Shown here: positions 1 through 9,600 of the stretch, in pieces
Layout: every line of letters begins with the position of its first letter
How positions within the stretch are numbered: the first letter of the stretch is position 1
IMG/VR virus record: IMGVR_UViG_3300021519_000006
Location: 1 to 64,000 of that record
DNA: 64,000 nt
Strand: one strand, 5' to 3'
Source of the DNA: a virus
Position numbers and translations under genes: made by a program
The notes under the pieces: model-generated
Seen by the model: the letters and a program-made list of their open reading frames with translations, nothing else
Told to the model about the DNA's origin: nothing
The model's database searches: none

Positions 1-1
1 C

Positions 2-412
2 TGCGGCAGAAGCCACTTTAGGCAGTCCGTCCTTGTCAACGTTAAAATTTAATACGTTAGCGGAGCTTCGGGTTTCTACAAGGTTTGAAGTACCGGCAAC
101 AGTTTTTAACGCTAATCCAACTGTACCTGATGGTGGTGTAATGGTATCGCCAGTTTTCTTGAAGTACACAGAACCAACAACTCCGTTAATAAGACCAGCT
201 TCAATATTAGTAAGGCGGTCTCCAATATCCGTCCAAGACGTTGTTTGAGAAAAGGCTCCGGCCCAAGTAGAAGTTAAAGCATCGATGCCAATAGAAAGCT
301 CTACGGCACGCACTTCTTCTTGCAAAAGGTTAATGTGGTCAGCAAACACCGTATTGACAAGGTCAATTTTTGGTGTCCAAGTACGTACTTGCGATGGAAA
401 TTGTGCTGCCAT
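2..412 (-). CDS. Baseplate/tail-associated protein, partial (runs off left edge)
   Basis: Not in ORF track. ATG at 412 with upstream GGA-type RBS; reads MAAQFPSQVRTWTPKIDLVNTVFADHINLLQEEVRAVE... and stays open to the edge; follows baseplate J gene. Confidence 0.7.
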   Translation of the reverse strand, partial: MAAQFPSQVRTWTPKIDLVNTVFADHINLLQEEVRAVELSIGIDALTSTWAGAFSQTTSWTDIGDRLTNIEAGLINGVVGSVYFKKTGDTITPPSGTVGLALKTVAGTSNLVETRSSANVLNFNVDKDGLPKVASAA

Positions 413-469
413 GTTCCTACCTATCTATTTGGGGTTACTTTAGTATTCTCTTGTACTTTCAATCATCTG

Positions 470-2038
470 TCATGACAAAAAGGTTACGTTAATTATCAAG
501 TTTTCAGTTGGAAGGGTTGCAATCTCACCATCAGCTAAAGAAATACCTTCTGTGCTTACGGTTAAATTAAGAGCTCCAAGCTTATTAAATTGGGATACTG
601 TTACAGACCCACCATCTGTAACGGCAGCAATTCCGTACGCTTTTGCAATTACTGAGGCATAAGACACAACTCCACCAAAGGTAGCTTTTTCGTAAGAAAA
701 CAAGCCACCTGGGTTAATAAATGCAGATCTAATCAATCTAGCTACGTTAACTACATTGTAAGAAGATTTTACTTGAACGTCTAAGGTTATAAATGTAGGG
801 ACGTATGTAGGGGGTTGAATAGTTACTGTTGTTCCTACAGGTTTTTTATCTTCTAAATACGTTTCTGCAGCAGCAGCCATAGATTCCCAGTTAGCGCTAG
901 GAACTCCTAACAAAAGTCCTGGGGTAACCGACCCATCATTTTGTGATTGTAAATAAAGTACTACCGAAGTATAAACACTAGCAATTGCTTTTGCTCTGCC
1001 CACTTGCGGAACTAAAGAGACTAGATTTTCATAGTCAGTCAAAGTAACGGCGCGACGTCTAGTAGTAATTGCCGATTTAATTTTAGATCTAATTTGTGTT
1101 AAATCATCTCCATCAGCTCCGCCAGTAGAAGGAGCCGCATTAGTTACGCTTAAGTATGAAACTGCTGATTTAAGGGTATTTCCAGGAATAAACGTAACTT
1201 CATCTACAGTGTTAGCAGCTAAATTTCCTGAAAGACCCACGCTAGTTCTATACAAAGCGCTGATTGCTTGACCAACTGGAGGAATTGCTCCGTTTACGCC
1301 ATCACCAAATACAATAGAGGTAACCCCGTACTCGTCAATTTCTGTTGTAAATACTAAACTTGTTGGGCCGTATTCAATTAACACGTCAGCAAATTTCCAA
1401 GGAGTAAATGAAACTCCTTGACCTACATAAACAACAACAGAGCTGTCAATGATGTTTTTATCAAACAAAGATAATTGTTGATCGGGTAATCCGGTAGAAG
1501 CACCTAAATTTACCGGCAAAGGTTTATTAGTAGTTTCGCTGATAAGGTTAGGTTTATCAGTATTTACTGTTTTACCTTCTTGACAAGTAAGGGTTGTAGT
1601 ACCTCCTGGAGATAAAGCTGTTGCGGACTCAAGAGTTTCAAAAAATACTTCTGTGTAGTTACCGTATAAAAGAGTAGCTAAAACTTGAGTTCCTACAGGA
1701 ATATCAATGTTAGTTGTACTGATGTTTTCAAAAGTAATTTCCATAGTAGCTGGAGTAGGGCCGGATACGCGGTATCCGTATAGCAAACCTAAGTTAACTA
1801 GAGTTTTTCTGCGTGTAGCGGTGTCAATTGAAAGTTCATTTGCAACCCTGTCTATGTAATAGGACATAATGTCACCCATATAGGCAAAAGACTCAATCAG
1901 CACTGTTCCTAGGTCTGAAGGGTCGTCAGCAGTCCACGCGTTGTTTGTGCGAAGGTTTACTAGACTTTTTAGGTCAGTAAGTATGCTGTCATAGTCTCTT
2001 GACGTATAGTCAATTTGAATTGGAAGTTCATTACTCAT
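470..2038 (-). CDS. Baseplate J-like / wedge protein
   Basis: IDYTSRDYDSI N-terminus, FGDGVNGAIP, GGADGDD and RAVTLTDYE motifs. Confidence 0.9.
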   Translation of the reverse strand: MSNELPIQIDYTSRDYDSILTDLKSLVNLRTNNAWTADDPSDLGTVLIESFAYMGDIMSYYIDRVANELSIDTATRRKTLVNLGLLYGYRVSGPTPATMEITFENISTTNIDIPVGTQVLATLLYGNYTEVFFETLESATALSPGGTTTLTCQEGKTVNTDKPNLISETTNKPLPVNLGASTGLPDQQLSLFDKNIIDSSVVVYVGQGVSFTPWKFADVLIEYGPTSLVFTTEIDEYGVTSIVFGDGVNGAIPPVGQAISALYRTSVGLSGNLAANTVDEVTFIPGNTLKSAVSYLSVTNAAPSTGGADGDDLTQIRSKIKSAITTRRRAVTLTDYENLVSLVPQVGRAKAIASVYTSVVLYLQSQNDGSVTPGLLLGVPSANWESMAAAAETYLEDKKPVGTTVTIQPPTYVPTFITLDVQVKSSYNVVNVARLIRSAFINPGGLFSYEKATFGGVVSYASVIAKAYGIAAVTDGGSVTVSQFNKLGALNLTVSTEGISLADGEIATLPTENLIINVTFLS

Positions 2039-2044
2039 TTTTCA

Positions 2045-2431
2045 TCACCTCGTGATAGATCCGTTTGGATTTAAAGTTGCAGTAGAAACTGTAAGGCTTT
2101 CAGACGTAAAATCAGGAAAAACTAAAAGAATCTCTACTGTCATCTTTCCGTCAGAATTTTCACCTAAAACGTTAATTTGTTGAATAGAGATTTCTGGTAT
2201 CCAGGCGCTTACTGCTGAGCTTATGGCATTTTTTATAGCCGCTTCCGCTTTGTCTTGATTTTCAAAAAGAGCTTTAGCTAAGTCTGTTCCGTAGCCAGGT
2301 CTCATTGGTCGCTCGCCTACAGTGGTAGACAGCAGTGTAAGAACCCTATCTTTATAAATTTTGCTTTGTAGTTCAGATGTGCCGGCTACACCAAAGGGAT
2401 TTAAAGTAAACGGAAACGTAATGGCTTTCAT
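2045..2431 (-). CDS. Baseplate wedge protein, gp25/GPW family
   Basis: LLSTTVGERPMRPGYGT motif; start placed at 2431 (ATGA overlap with upstream stop). Confidence 0.9.
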   Translation of the reverse strand: MKAITFPFTLNPFGVAGTSELQSKIYKDRVLTLLSTTVGERPMRPGYGTDLAKALFENQDKAEAAIKNAISSAVSAWIPEISIQQINVLGENSDGKMTVEILLVFPDFTSESLTVSTATLNPNGSITR

Positions 2432-2979
2432 TGAACTCCAATCCAAACTGGTTCTTCAGGAATACCCGCAACAAACATAATCCACACTTTTTGTCCTTTT
2501 CTAGGGATGTATCTATGGGGATTGTGCTCAGAAGTGGTATTAGTCTCTTGTGCGGTACCTAATCCACCTGCAATAGATGTATCTGTTACCGGCATGTCTT
2601 TTCTGGGATGCCTAAGGGTACCAGCCCCCGCCTTAGCCACCACGGTGAGCGCAGGTACAGTTACCGAGACGGAATGCGTGTGAGAAGGGGAGCCACCAGA
2701 AGCCGCCGATCCTGTGGCAGATACTGAAGTAGTTGTTAGTAGTGCCGCTACTGCCGTTGCTGTATGAGCTACATGGTCTGCATGCTCCGTGTTGTTAGTT
2801 ATTGGCAAGACGGCCTTAGCCCAATTTGTAACCTCAGCTCCAGTAATTGGAACCCTCACTAAAATTCTATTTTTATTAAGGGGATCTTTTATATCTACAA
2901 CTACTCCTTCGTAAATGCCAAAAAACCTAGTTCTACCAAAAGGATCTAACATGTACTCTGATAAAAGTTCGTCTGCCAT
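2428..2979 (-). CDS. Baseplate spike / gpV-gp5 OB-fold protein
   Basis: FFGIYEGVVVDIKDPLNKNRILVRVP and PRKGQKVWIMFVAGIPEEPVWIG motifs. Confidence 0.85.
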   Translation of the reverse strand: MADELLSEYMLDPFGRTRFFGIYEGVVVDIKDPLNKNRILVRVPITGAEVTNWAKAVLPITNNTEHADHVAHTATAVAALLTTTSVSATGSAASGGSPSHTHSVSVTVPALTVVAKAGAGTLRHPRKDMPVTDTSIAGGLGTAQETNTTSEHNPHRYIPRKGQKVWIMFVAGIPEEPVWIGVQ

Positions 2980-3581
2980 TATTCTGCCCTCCAAGTAATA
3001 GTACGTCGGATACCGGAAATATCAGGTACATCATACTCGTATAGGTCTGGGGTATAAACAGTTTGTGGGGTGGGGCTATATGACAACGAGGTATTTTTTG
3101 AAGTTTGTATTGAATTTCCACTTGGCTCAGCTACTCCAACGGTAACTTCTAACGAATAATCCGTTAAGACACTATTTGCTGGTGTTAAAGTTTTTCCAGA
3201 AAATTCAGCGTCAAAATCTCTAGTATCTGCTGCCCCCGCTGCGTTTGGGTTAACGTCACCTAGTACGTCGGCCCCTAAAACAACGTCCATTTGATACTTG
3301 GCATTTCCGCTACCAAAAATATGTGTAACAGACAACACCGTCCAATAGCCAGACATTCCGTGAGCTAAGTTATCTAAATAAATTTGTTTACCTACTGATA
3401 CTCCAGCATGGCCAACAATAGTTGCTTTAGCTCTATAGACATACCGATTAGCTTCAGCCACATCGTGAGCTAAATATTTAGCATCAGAGGCGCTAGCGGC
3501 AGTTTCGTGAGGCAAGTATTTTACAAATTTTGATTTATTTGGTTTGCCCGCTGTTACGCGGCTATGAGGTGTTGAGTTCAT
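2979..3581 (-). CDS. Baseplate hub (gpD/gp27-like), C-terminal part
   Basis: AKATIVGH...GKQIYL...SGYWTVLSVTHIF resembles the gpD C-terminal barrel; position. Confidence 0.65.
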   Translation of the reverse strand: MNSTPHSRVTAGKPNKSKFVKYLPHETAASASDAKYLAHDVAEANRYVYRAKATIVGHAGVSVGKQIYLDNLAHGMSGYWTVLSVTHIFGSGNAKYQMDVVLGADVLGDVNPNAAGAADTRDFDAEFSGKTLTPANSVLTDYSLEVTVGVAEPSGNSIQTSKNTSLSYSPTPQTVYTPDLYEYDVPDISGIRRTITWRAE

Positions 3582-4405
3582 GCAAAATACTCCGCGTTAG
3601 GTGAAATAACCCCGTACCCGTGGTCTTGAGTAGGTACGGTTGAGTGAACTACGTCAATAGGCGCATCTGTTAGGGCATGTATTCCAGAAATTGCCCTGTC
3701 TACTGTTGCTCCAGGCATATCTGGCGATCCGTCTGAAATAATTGGATCAAAGGTGTATATAGTTCCTAGTTTAGACGCAACTCTTGAGCGTTCGTCTTGA
3801 GCACTAGCGTAAAAATACGGAGCCGAACTTCTAGATGCAGTAGCTAATCTATTTTTAGAGACAAAATAAAGGGTTGTGCCATCATTTACAAGAATAAAAC
3901 CGGTTTGCTTAGCCATACTTCTAGCAACTTGCCAATCACTTTGCCCCGCCTGCACTATTGAGGGGAATATTTTAGGGTGGCGGTCTGTTATTGGGTTTAA
4001 CCCGTGTTTTTTTGCAAGTTTAGTTACAACGGCGTCAGCAGTGACGTTTTTGTAGATTTTTTGAGCGCCGTTCTTTAACAAATACGATGGAGATAGGCAA
4101 ACAACTTGAGTAGCGTTATCCGCTAGAGTAGTTGGGGATACATAGCTTATAAATCCTACAAAAGTCTTTATTGCTCCTCCGCCGTCCCAAGTAAATATAA
4201 CAGGGTCATCCGATACTAAAGAATTGGCAGGGTCGTTAATTTTTCCTTGAAAATTTAAGACTAAAACATCGTGGGTATTTGCTTTTTGAGTCAAAGACGC
4301 CGTAAGTAGAACTAAGTCTAGATTAGGGGTGTTTGGAAACGTCACTTTCCTACTTGTTGGGGTTTCTAAAGGAATTTTAACGTATTGGTTATTTTGTAGC
4401 GGCAT
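3578..4405 (-). CDS. Baseplate hub (gpD/gp27-like), N-terminal part
   Basis: KIYKNVTADAVVTKLAKKHGL and QAGQSDWQVARSMAKQTGF motifs. Confidence 0.8.
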   Translation of the reverse strand: MPLQNNQYVKIPLETPTSRKVTFPNTPNLDLVLLTASLTQKANTHDVLVLNFQGKINDPANSLVSDDPVIFTWDGGGAIKTFVGFISYVSPTTLADNATQVVCLSPSYLLKNGAQKIYKNVTADAVVTKLAKKHGLNPITDRHPKIFPSIVQAGQSDWQVARSMAKQTGFILVNDGTTLYFVSKNRLATASRSSAPYFYASAQDERSRVASKLGTIYTFDPIISDGSPDMPGATVDRAISGIHALTDAPIDVVHSTVPTQDHGYGVISPNAEYFA

Positions 4406-4407
4406 AA

Positions 4408-4689
4408 TTAAACCTTTGGAATTCTTATGATTGTTCCAGGGTCAATTTCAAATGGATTAGGAATAGAAGGATTGATATCCATAATTTTCCACCATAACTT
4501 AGAGCTGCCTAAGAAAGCAGCCGCTAAGAAGTCAATGGAATCTCCTTCAACCCAGGTATAGTCAATATAACGTATAGGGACTGATCCCGGAAACGTTCTA
4601 TAAATAGCTGTGGTGTATTCTTCAGTAGTTTTGTGTTGAATCTGCTGTGGAATAGCAGTGTAGTATCTAGAACCTCTTGTAGGTTTCAT
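4408..4689 (-). CDS. LysM-like tail X / baseplate protein
   Basis: EGDSIDFLAAAFLGSSKLWWKIMDINP...PGTIIRIP. Confidence 0.9.
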   Translation of the reverse strand: MKPTRGSRYYTAIPQQIQHKTTEEYTTAIYRTFPGSVPIRYIDYTWVEGDSIDFLAAAFLGSSKLWWKIMDINPSIPNPFEIDPGTIIRIPKV

Positions 4690-5511
4690 TTAGTCTATTC
4701 CTACCGCTCCGTGAGGCACAACTATACGCTTTGACCCAGAATCAGTTTGTTGAGCAGGGCTTCCCAGAACAACTTGAGTAAATTTATCAATATTTTGAGA
4801 TTTTTTGTTAAACCCAAAATCAGGAAGTCTCTCTAAGACTATCTCAACAGCGCTTCTAATAGGAACCATGTCTCTAGTAAACATTGTGTGTGTAACTCTT
4901 AGGCTAGAGAGCATAACTTTCCAACGTAGGTGGTTGTTTACTATAAAAATAAACGGTGTTCCGGCAATATAACCCATATTAGAGGTCTCTAACTTAAAAT
5001 CAACCTCACCAGTTCTTCCTAACAAAGTTGTTGGAACAGGTTTTCCGTTTACTACCCTAAAAAGATATTCAAGGTCGTACTCGGTACCGCGATATTTAAG
5101 GTTTTTAGCTTGTTCTGCGGTTATAGTCCAAGGGTAGTGAGGTATACCTAACCCCTGACCTTCAAAATTCTTTAACACAGTCATATCCGCTACTCTATCA
5201 AGCAAAATTTCAAAACTTATTTGTCCACCAATACCCGCACCGACAATTACAGCGTTATTTGGATTTCCTATAGACCAGTCAACAGAGTTATTTACATTTG
5301 CTGAATATGCAATATTAGGGGGATTAAATAAAAATCTAAAACCATACAGTTGAGCCCCAAGCTTTGCTTGAAATGAAGAGTTAAGGGCTGATTTTTCGGT
5401 GCCCGGATCCGAAGCAGACTCGGGGTCTTGGATAAACATCCCTAAAGTTAAGTACTCGTCTATGTTTCTAACGTTTCCAGACGATCCAGTGTACGTAGTG
5501 TAGTCTGGCAT
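4690..5511 (-). CDS. Tail tube initiator-like baseplate protein
   Basis: FRFLFNPPNI and VTHTMFTRDMVPIRSAVEI motifs; directly upstream of the LysM gene. Confidence 0.65.
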   Translation of the reverse strand: MPDYTTYTGSSGNVRNIDEYLTLGMFIQDPESASDPGTEKSALNSSFQAKLGAQLYGFRFLFNPPNIAYSANVNNSVDWSIGNPNNAVIVGAGIGGQISFEILLDRVADMTVLKNFEGQGLGIPHYPWTITAEQAKNLKYRGTEYDLEYLFRVVNGKPVPTTLLGRTGEVDFKLETSNMGYIAGTPFIFIVNNHLRWKVMLSSLRVTHTMFTRDMVPIRSAVEIVLERLPDFGFNKKSQNIDKFTQVVLGSPAQQTDSGSKRIVVPHGAVGID

Positions 5512-5512
5512 T

Positions 5513-6526
5513 TTATTTCCTATCGTAAGCTATAGGTGAATGGTGGCGAGTACTAATGTGCGGAGGTGGGTTAAACAAAATGCCTGTAACAGTTACGGGT
5601 TTTAATGTAGGATCCGCTGCTGCGGGAGGGGTAGCAGTTATATCACTAACTGATCCCTTAACACATACTCCTGCGGCAGCAACTTCTGCTTTTGCTTTTT
5701 CTGCCGAACTACCCTTAGTGTATTGTTGCACAGCAGTTTCTGGCTTACCGTAAATCTTTGCAGGTTTAATTTCAGTGCCCCATTTGTCAAAGTATCTAAC
5801 AGAGGATTGAAAATAATTAACTGCCGGTCCGGGGTTAGTAATAACTGTAGCTTGAACAGCATCGTAACGAACCCAACGATCAGTGCAGTTGTTCCAAGCG
5901 TATGGTCCAGTAACACCGGAATTAGACGCCGCAACTACTTCATCTGGCACGTTTTTTGGGGTAAGTATTTTTGTAAAGAAAATTTTTGGAATAGTTGTTC
6001 CAGGTTGTATTTGAACTTCTCTGTACACACCCGCAGAGCCGTTAAGGGGATCTGTTACTTTTAATTTAATTTGCGCTTTAAAGTCTGGGGGAGGGAGTGC
6101 TTTACCGGTCCCGTTTGGTACCACAGTAAAATCAAAGTATTTGTTATCAATAATTCTTACGTAGCATCCTCCGGGTGATATACCCCAAGCGCCTCTGCTA
6201 AAACCTAAACCTTTTGCAACTTTTTTAAACCCAGCGGTATTCCACCAAGCATAAAATCTTGAACCAGCTTGATTTGACGTACAACCGCCAGCTATGCTTA
6301 TTTCAACTTGACTATCATTATCTGTAAGCAAGGTGCTACCTCGGTAAAATGAAACCCTATACAGAATGTCATGATTAGATTTAATTAAGTGTTCTGGACC
6401 AACTAACCGTCTCCACCCGTCAAACTTTAAAGCATTATCAGTAGTGCTATTTGGGGTATAGCTACCTGCCTGCATATGTTCGTATGCGGCAATTGTGTAT
6501 GTATATCCAACAGCATATTCAGGCAT
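5513..6526 (-). CDS. Hypothetical tail protein
   Basis: 337 aa ORF coupled to tape measure gene by TAATG overlap. Confidence 0.6.
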   Translation of the reverse strand: MPEYAVGYTYTIAAYEHMQAGSYTPNSTTDNALKFDGWRRLVGPEHLIKSNHDILYRVSFYRGSTLLTDNDSQVEISIAGGCTSNQAGSRFYAWWNTAGFKKVAKGLGFSRGAWGISPGGCYVRIIDNKYFDFTVVPNGTGKALPPPDFKAQIKLKVTDPLNGSAGVYREVQIQPGTTIPKIFFTKILTPKNVPDEVVAASNSGVTGPYAWNNCTDRWVRYDAVQATVITNPGPAVNYFQSSVRYFDKWGTEIKPAKIYGKPETAVQQYTKGSSAEKAKAEVAAAGVCVKGSVSDITATPPAAADPTLKPVTVTGILFNPPPHISTRHHSPIAYDRK

Positions 6527-9444
6527 TAATTAACTCCCATCGCTGCAATAGCTTTATCTTGAGCTATGGCGCTCTTAAATCGATCTAAAAGAACTAGTAC
6601 TTCAGCTTCTCCAGCTTTAGCAATATTTACTGTCATATTTACGTTTATAGATCCGCCACCAGCTCCACCTGTAAGTCCACCGCGTAGTCTATCTGCAGCT
6701 TGCTTATTTAAAACCATTTCACCTTGGTGAAGGTAGGCAGGTCCTTCTGTAGCACTGTCAGTTCCATAGTAGTGCAGAGGTACACCGGCTTTTCTTGCGG
6801 CAAGCTCAGCGTCATCTAAGTAATTTGTAAATTTTCCGCTGTTGTAGGTAGCCCACTGTTTCCACCAAGTACCCTTATTAGACACTGCGTAAGCTGCTTT
6901 TAAGTTTGTGTTGGGGTTATACAAAGCAGCGTTGTTTTTAATACCAAATTGTTTAAGTCTGTTCTTACCCATATTAGGGCTAAGAGGATCTTTATTTGTC
7001 ATGTTGATTTGGAATACGCCGTAGGATTCGTCACGACCAACGCCGTTGTAGGCTCGGCTAACACCACCAGATTCTGCTAAAGCTACAGCAAAAGCAGTTG
7101 ATAAACCTTTACCTCTAAAACCTTGATTGTAAAGAGCTGCCATCAAACCTTTTCGTGAACCAAACGCCATACCGCCGCTATCGCCAAGCACGTTATCTAC
7201 GCTATTTGCTGAACTAGATTTTGATTCAGATAGGAGACTTCCTTGCCCATGATCGTCAAGCCACTGTGTTGCACCCATTTTAGTGTAGTTAGACATCTGT
7301 TGAAGATCCATAGGTTGCCCACCCTTAAGCAAATCTGCAAGGCGTGTACCTGAGTAAGGATTATTTTTTAAACTGCTTGATGAACTAGATGTTGGAATTT
7401 TGTAAAGGCTGGGATCTACAGGAGAGTTGTCTTTTCCAATATTAGAAAATAAATTTTTAACTTTTCCAAATAAACTGTGGGGGTTTACAGAAGTTCCAGA
7501 GGCTTTTGAACGACGTACTTCAAAATGTAGGTGAGGTCCAGTAGACGACCCAGATCCTGGAGCGCCCTTTTTTCCCCCAGATTTTGCAATAACATCGCCC
7601 TGTTTAACTGGTTGGCCTACACGTGCAATAGTTTGACTTAAATGTCCGTAGTAAGTATAGAAACCATCGTGCTTTAAAACCATATACAGACCATAGCTTC
7701 GACTGCTACCGCCTTGAGTTCTAATGGTGTCTACTACCCCGTCCGCGGCAGCTACAACAGCGCTACCAACAGGCATAGGATAATCAATACCATCATGGTG
7801 TTGGGTTGCACTTCTATTGTTGGGGTTTGATCTTGTCCCATAGTCTGAGGAGATGCTTCTTCCAGGAGCAAGTAAAGTAGCCGTTCCGCTAGGTGAAGAG
7901 TTCATAGGTTGTTGAGAGTTTGACCCCCCACCTACTGCCCCACCAATGGCACCAGCAGCTAACATTGCAGGTATTCCAATTTCAGGACCAAGAATATTTA
8001 ATATAGACGCATAACCGGCCCATTTCATAGCATTGCCAGCTTTTGCTTTTCCGCTACCTTTTTTTGAACCTTTGGCAACAAATTGACCGCCAACAGCTAA
8101 CCCAAGTCCAGCTACGCTTCCGGCTTTACCTACAGCGCCCATCTTTCCAAACATCCCTGCGGCGCCTCCGCCTCCGCCACTACCACCCATGCCCAGCATT
8201 TTTCCAGCAACTAAAGTTCCACCAATAGAGCTAACTGCTCCCGATATAGCGCTTGCTGGGTTACCGGTACTTGGGAAAGTTTCTAAAAATCCTTTAAGTT
8301 TTCCTAAGCCATCTACAACGCCAGGCAATAACTGAGCCATACCAGCTAGCCCGTTGTTTACGGCTGTGGAGGCATCAAGGGCGCCACCGTAACCGGAAAC
8401 TAATCCAGATTCAGTTGCACCTAAAAGTTTATTTGCGGACGCTTGGTTCTTTAATGATCTTGCCATAATTGAGTTTGGAGTAGCACCAACCATAGCTAAA
8501 GAAGAGTTTACGTTTCCAAGTTGTTTAGCTGTTATTGGCTTCTTGTTTTTTGCTCTAGCTACAAGCATAGTAGCTAGAATGTTATACATTCCTTCATCGC
8601 CAGCTGTAATTTGAGACAGCGTGTAGCCTTCTGGACTTAGTTTATTAAAGATTAATTCTGGAGTCTTTGGGTCGGTGCGCCAAATTTTTGTATAAATTTC
8701 ATTTACTAACTGCTCGTATGGGCGAATGTTTCCGTTGTTATCGCGGAGTCTTACGCCTAAACGTAGGTATGACATACCACTTTGCCCAGCAGTAGATGCG
8801 GCAATAGACTCCATAGACATACCGCTAATTGCGGCTACTCCACCAAGTCGGCTTGCTAAATTCTGAGAAGTCTTAGAGTTAAACCCGTAACCACCTGAAA
8901 GCATTACGCCCATAGCAGCTGTAGGTGCTCCCGCGCTTGTTGCTGCCCCACCGGTTCGATTATTAGAGGTTCTAATAATGTCTCGAGGATTCATCTTTCC
9001 AGAAGAAAACATGCCAATTTGTTCTGCTACAAGTCGTTGACTTACAGCAGTCATAGTGTTTGGCATCATAGACATGGCAAAAGAGCCAGCTGACATTATT
9101 CCTAAGGCTGCGTTGCCCATAGCTGAACCACGAGCGCCTTTGTAACCTATTTCATCGGCAAAACCTTGAGCGCCTTTTAAACCTATTTGCTTAGAAAAAG
9201 ACCCTGGCCCCATCTCGCCAGCGCCAAGTTTACTTCCACCACCACCTGATTTTTTACCCGACTGGATATCAGCAGTATCTTTAACTACTTTGTTTATCTT
9301 CTCAGCGGTGCCAAGAATTTCTTTCATGGACTTTAGCCAGGCGCCCATACCTTTAGAGCCGGTTTCAATAAGCTTAGATACGCCCTTTTGGCCGGTGAAG
9401 TCTTCCATGCCAGCGCCGGTGTTACCCTTTGGATCTACTGCCAT
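6526..9444 (-). CDS. Tape measure protein with M23 peptidase and lysozyme-like transglycosylase domains
   Basis: Ala/Gly-rich helical body; HHDGID, YGHLS and TGPHLHFEVR (M23); AVALAESGG...YGVFQIN (transglycosylase). Confidence 0.9.
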   Translation of the reverse strand: MAVDPKGNTGAGMEDFTGQKGVSKLIETGSKGMGAWLKSMKEILGTAEKINKVVKDTADIQSGKKSGGGGSKLGAGEMGPGSFSKQIGLKGAQGFADEIGYKGARGSAMGNAALGIMSAGSFAMSMMPNTMTAVSQRLVAEQIGMFSSGKMNPRDIIRTSNNRTGGAATSAGAPTAAMGVMLSGGYGFNSKTSQNLASRLGGVAAISGMSMESIAASTAGQSGMSYLRLGVRLRDNNGNIRPYEQLVNEIYTKIWRTDPKTPELIFNKLSPEGYTLSQITAGDEGMYNILATMLVARAKNKKPITAKQLGNVNSSLAMVGATPNSIMARSLKNQASANKLLGATESGLVSGYGGALDASTAVNNGLAGMAQLLPGVVDGLGKLKGFLETFPSTGNPASAISGAVSSIGGTLVAGKMLGMGGSGGGGGAAGMFGKMGAVGKAGSVAGLGLAVGGQFVAKGSKKGSGKAKAGNAMKWAGYASILNILGPEIGIPAMLAAGAIGGAVGGGSNSQQPMNSSPSGTATLLAPGRSISSDYGTRSNPNNRSATQHHDGIDYPMPVGSAVVAAADGVVDTIRTQGGSSRSYGLYMVLKHDGFYTYYGHLSQTIARVGQPVKQGDVIAKSGGKKGAPGSGSSTGPHLHFEVRRSKASGTSVNPHSLFGKVKNLFSNIGKDNSPVDPSLYKIPTSSSSSSLKNNPYSGTRLADLLKGGQPMDLQQMSNYTKMGATQWLDDHGQGSLLSESKSSSANSVDNVLGDSGGMAFGSRKGLMAALYNQGFRGKGLSTAFAVALAESGGVSRAYNGVGRDESYGVFQINMTNKDPLSPNMGKNRLKQFGIKNNAALYNPNTNLKAAYAVSNKGTWWKQWATYNSGKFTNYLDDAELAARKAGVPLHYYGTDSATEGPAYLHQGEMVLNKQAADRLRGGLTGGAGGGSINVNMTVNIAKAGEAEVLVLLDRFKSAIAQDKAIAAMGVN

Positions 9445-9600
9445 TTACATCACCGCCTTAGGCCTCATAATTGCTTTGGATAAAAATACTAAACGTTCTC
9501 TTACAGACAAACTTCTTATGTCTACTAATGTCCACCCCGGGTAGTACTGGGACAGCATGTCGTAGGAATCAATTACATTTTGGTAATTAATTTCATGAAC
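9445..9600 (-). CDS. Second segment of tail assembly chaperone, probably reached by +1 frameshift
   Basis: Open frame VHEINYQNVIDSYDMLSQYYPGWTLVDIRSLSVRERLVFLSKAIMRPKAVM*, stop abuts tape measure ATG; +1 relative to upstream gene. Confidence 0.7.
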   Translation of the reverse strand, partial: VHEINYQNVIDSYDMLSQYYPGWTLVDIRSLSVRERLVFLSKAIMRPKAVM

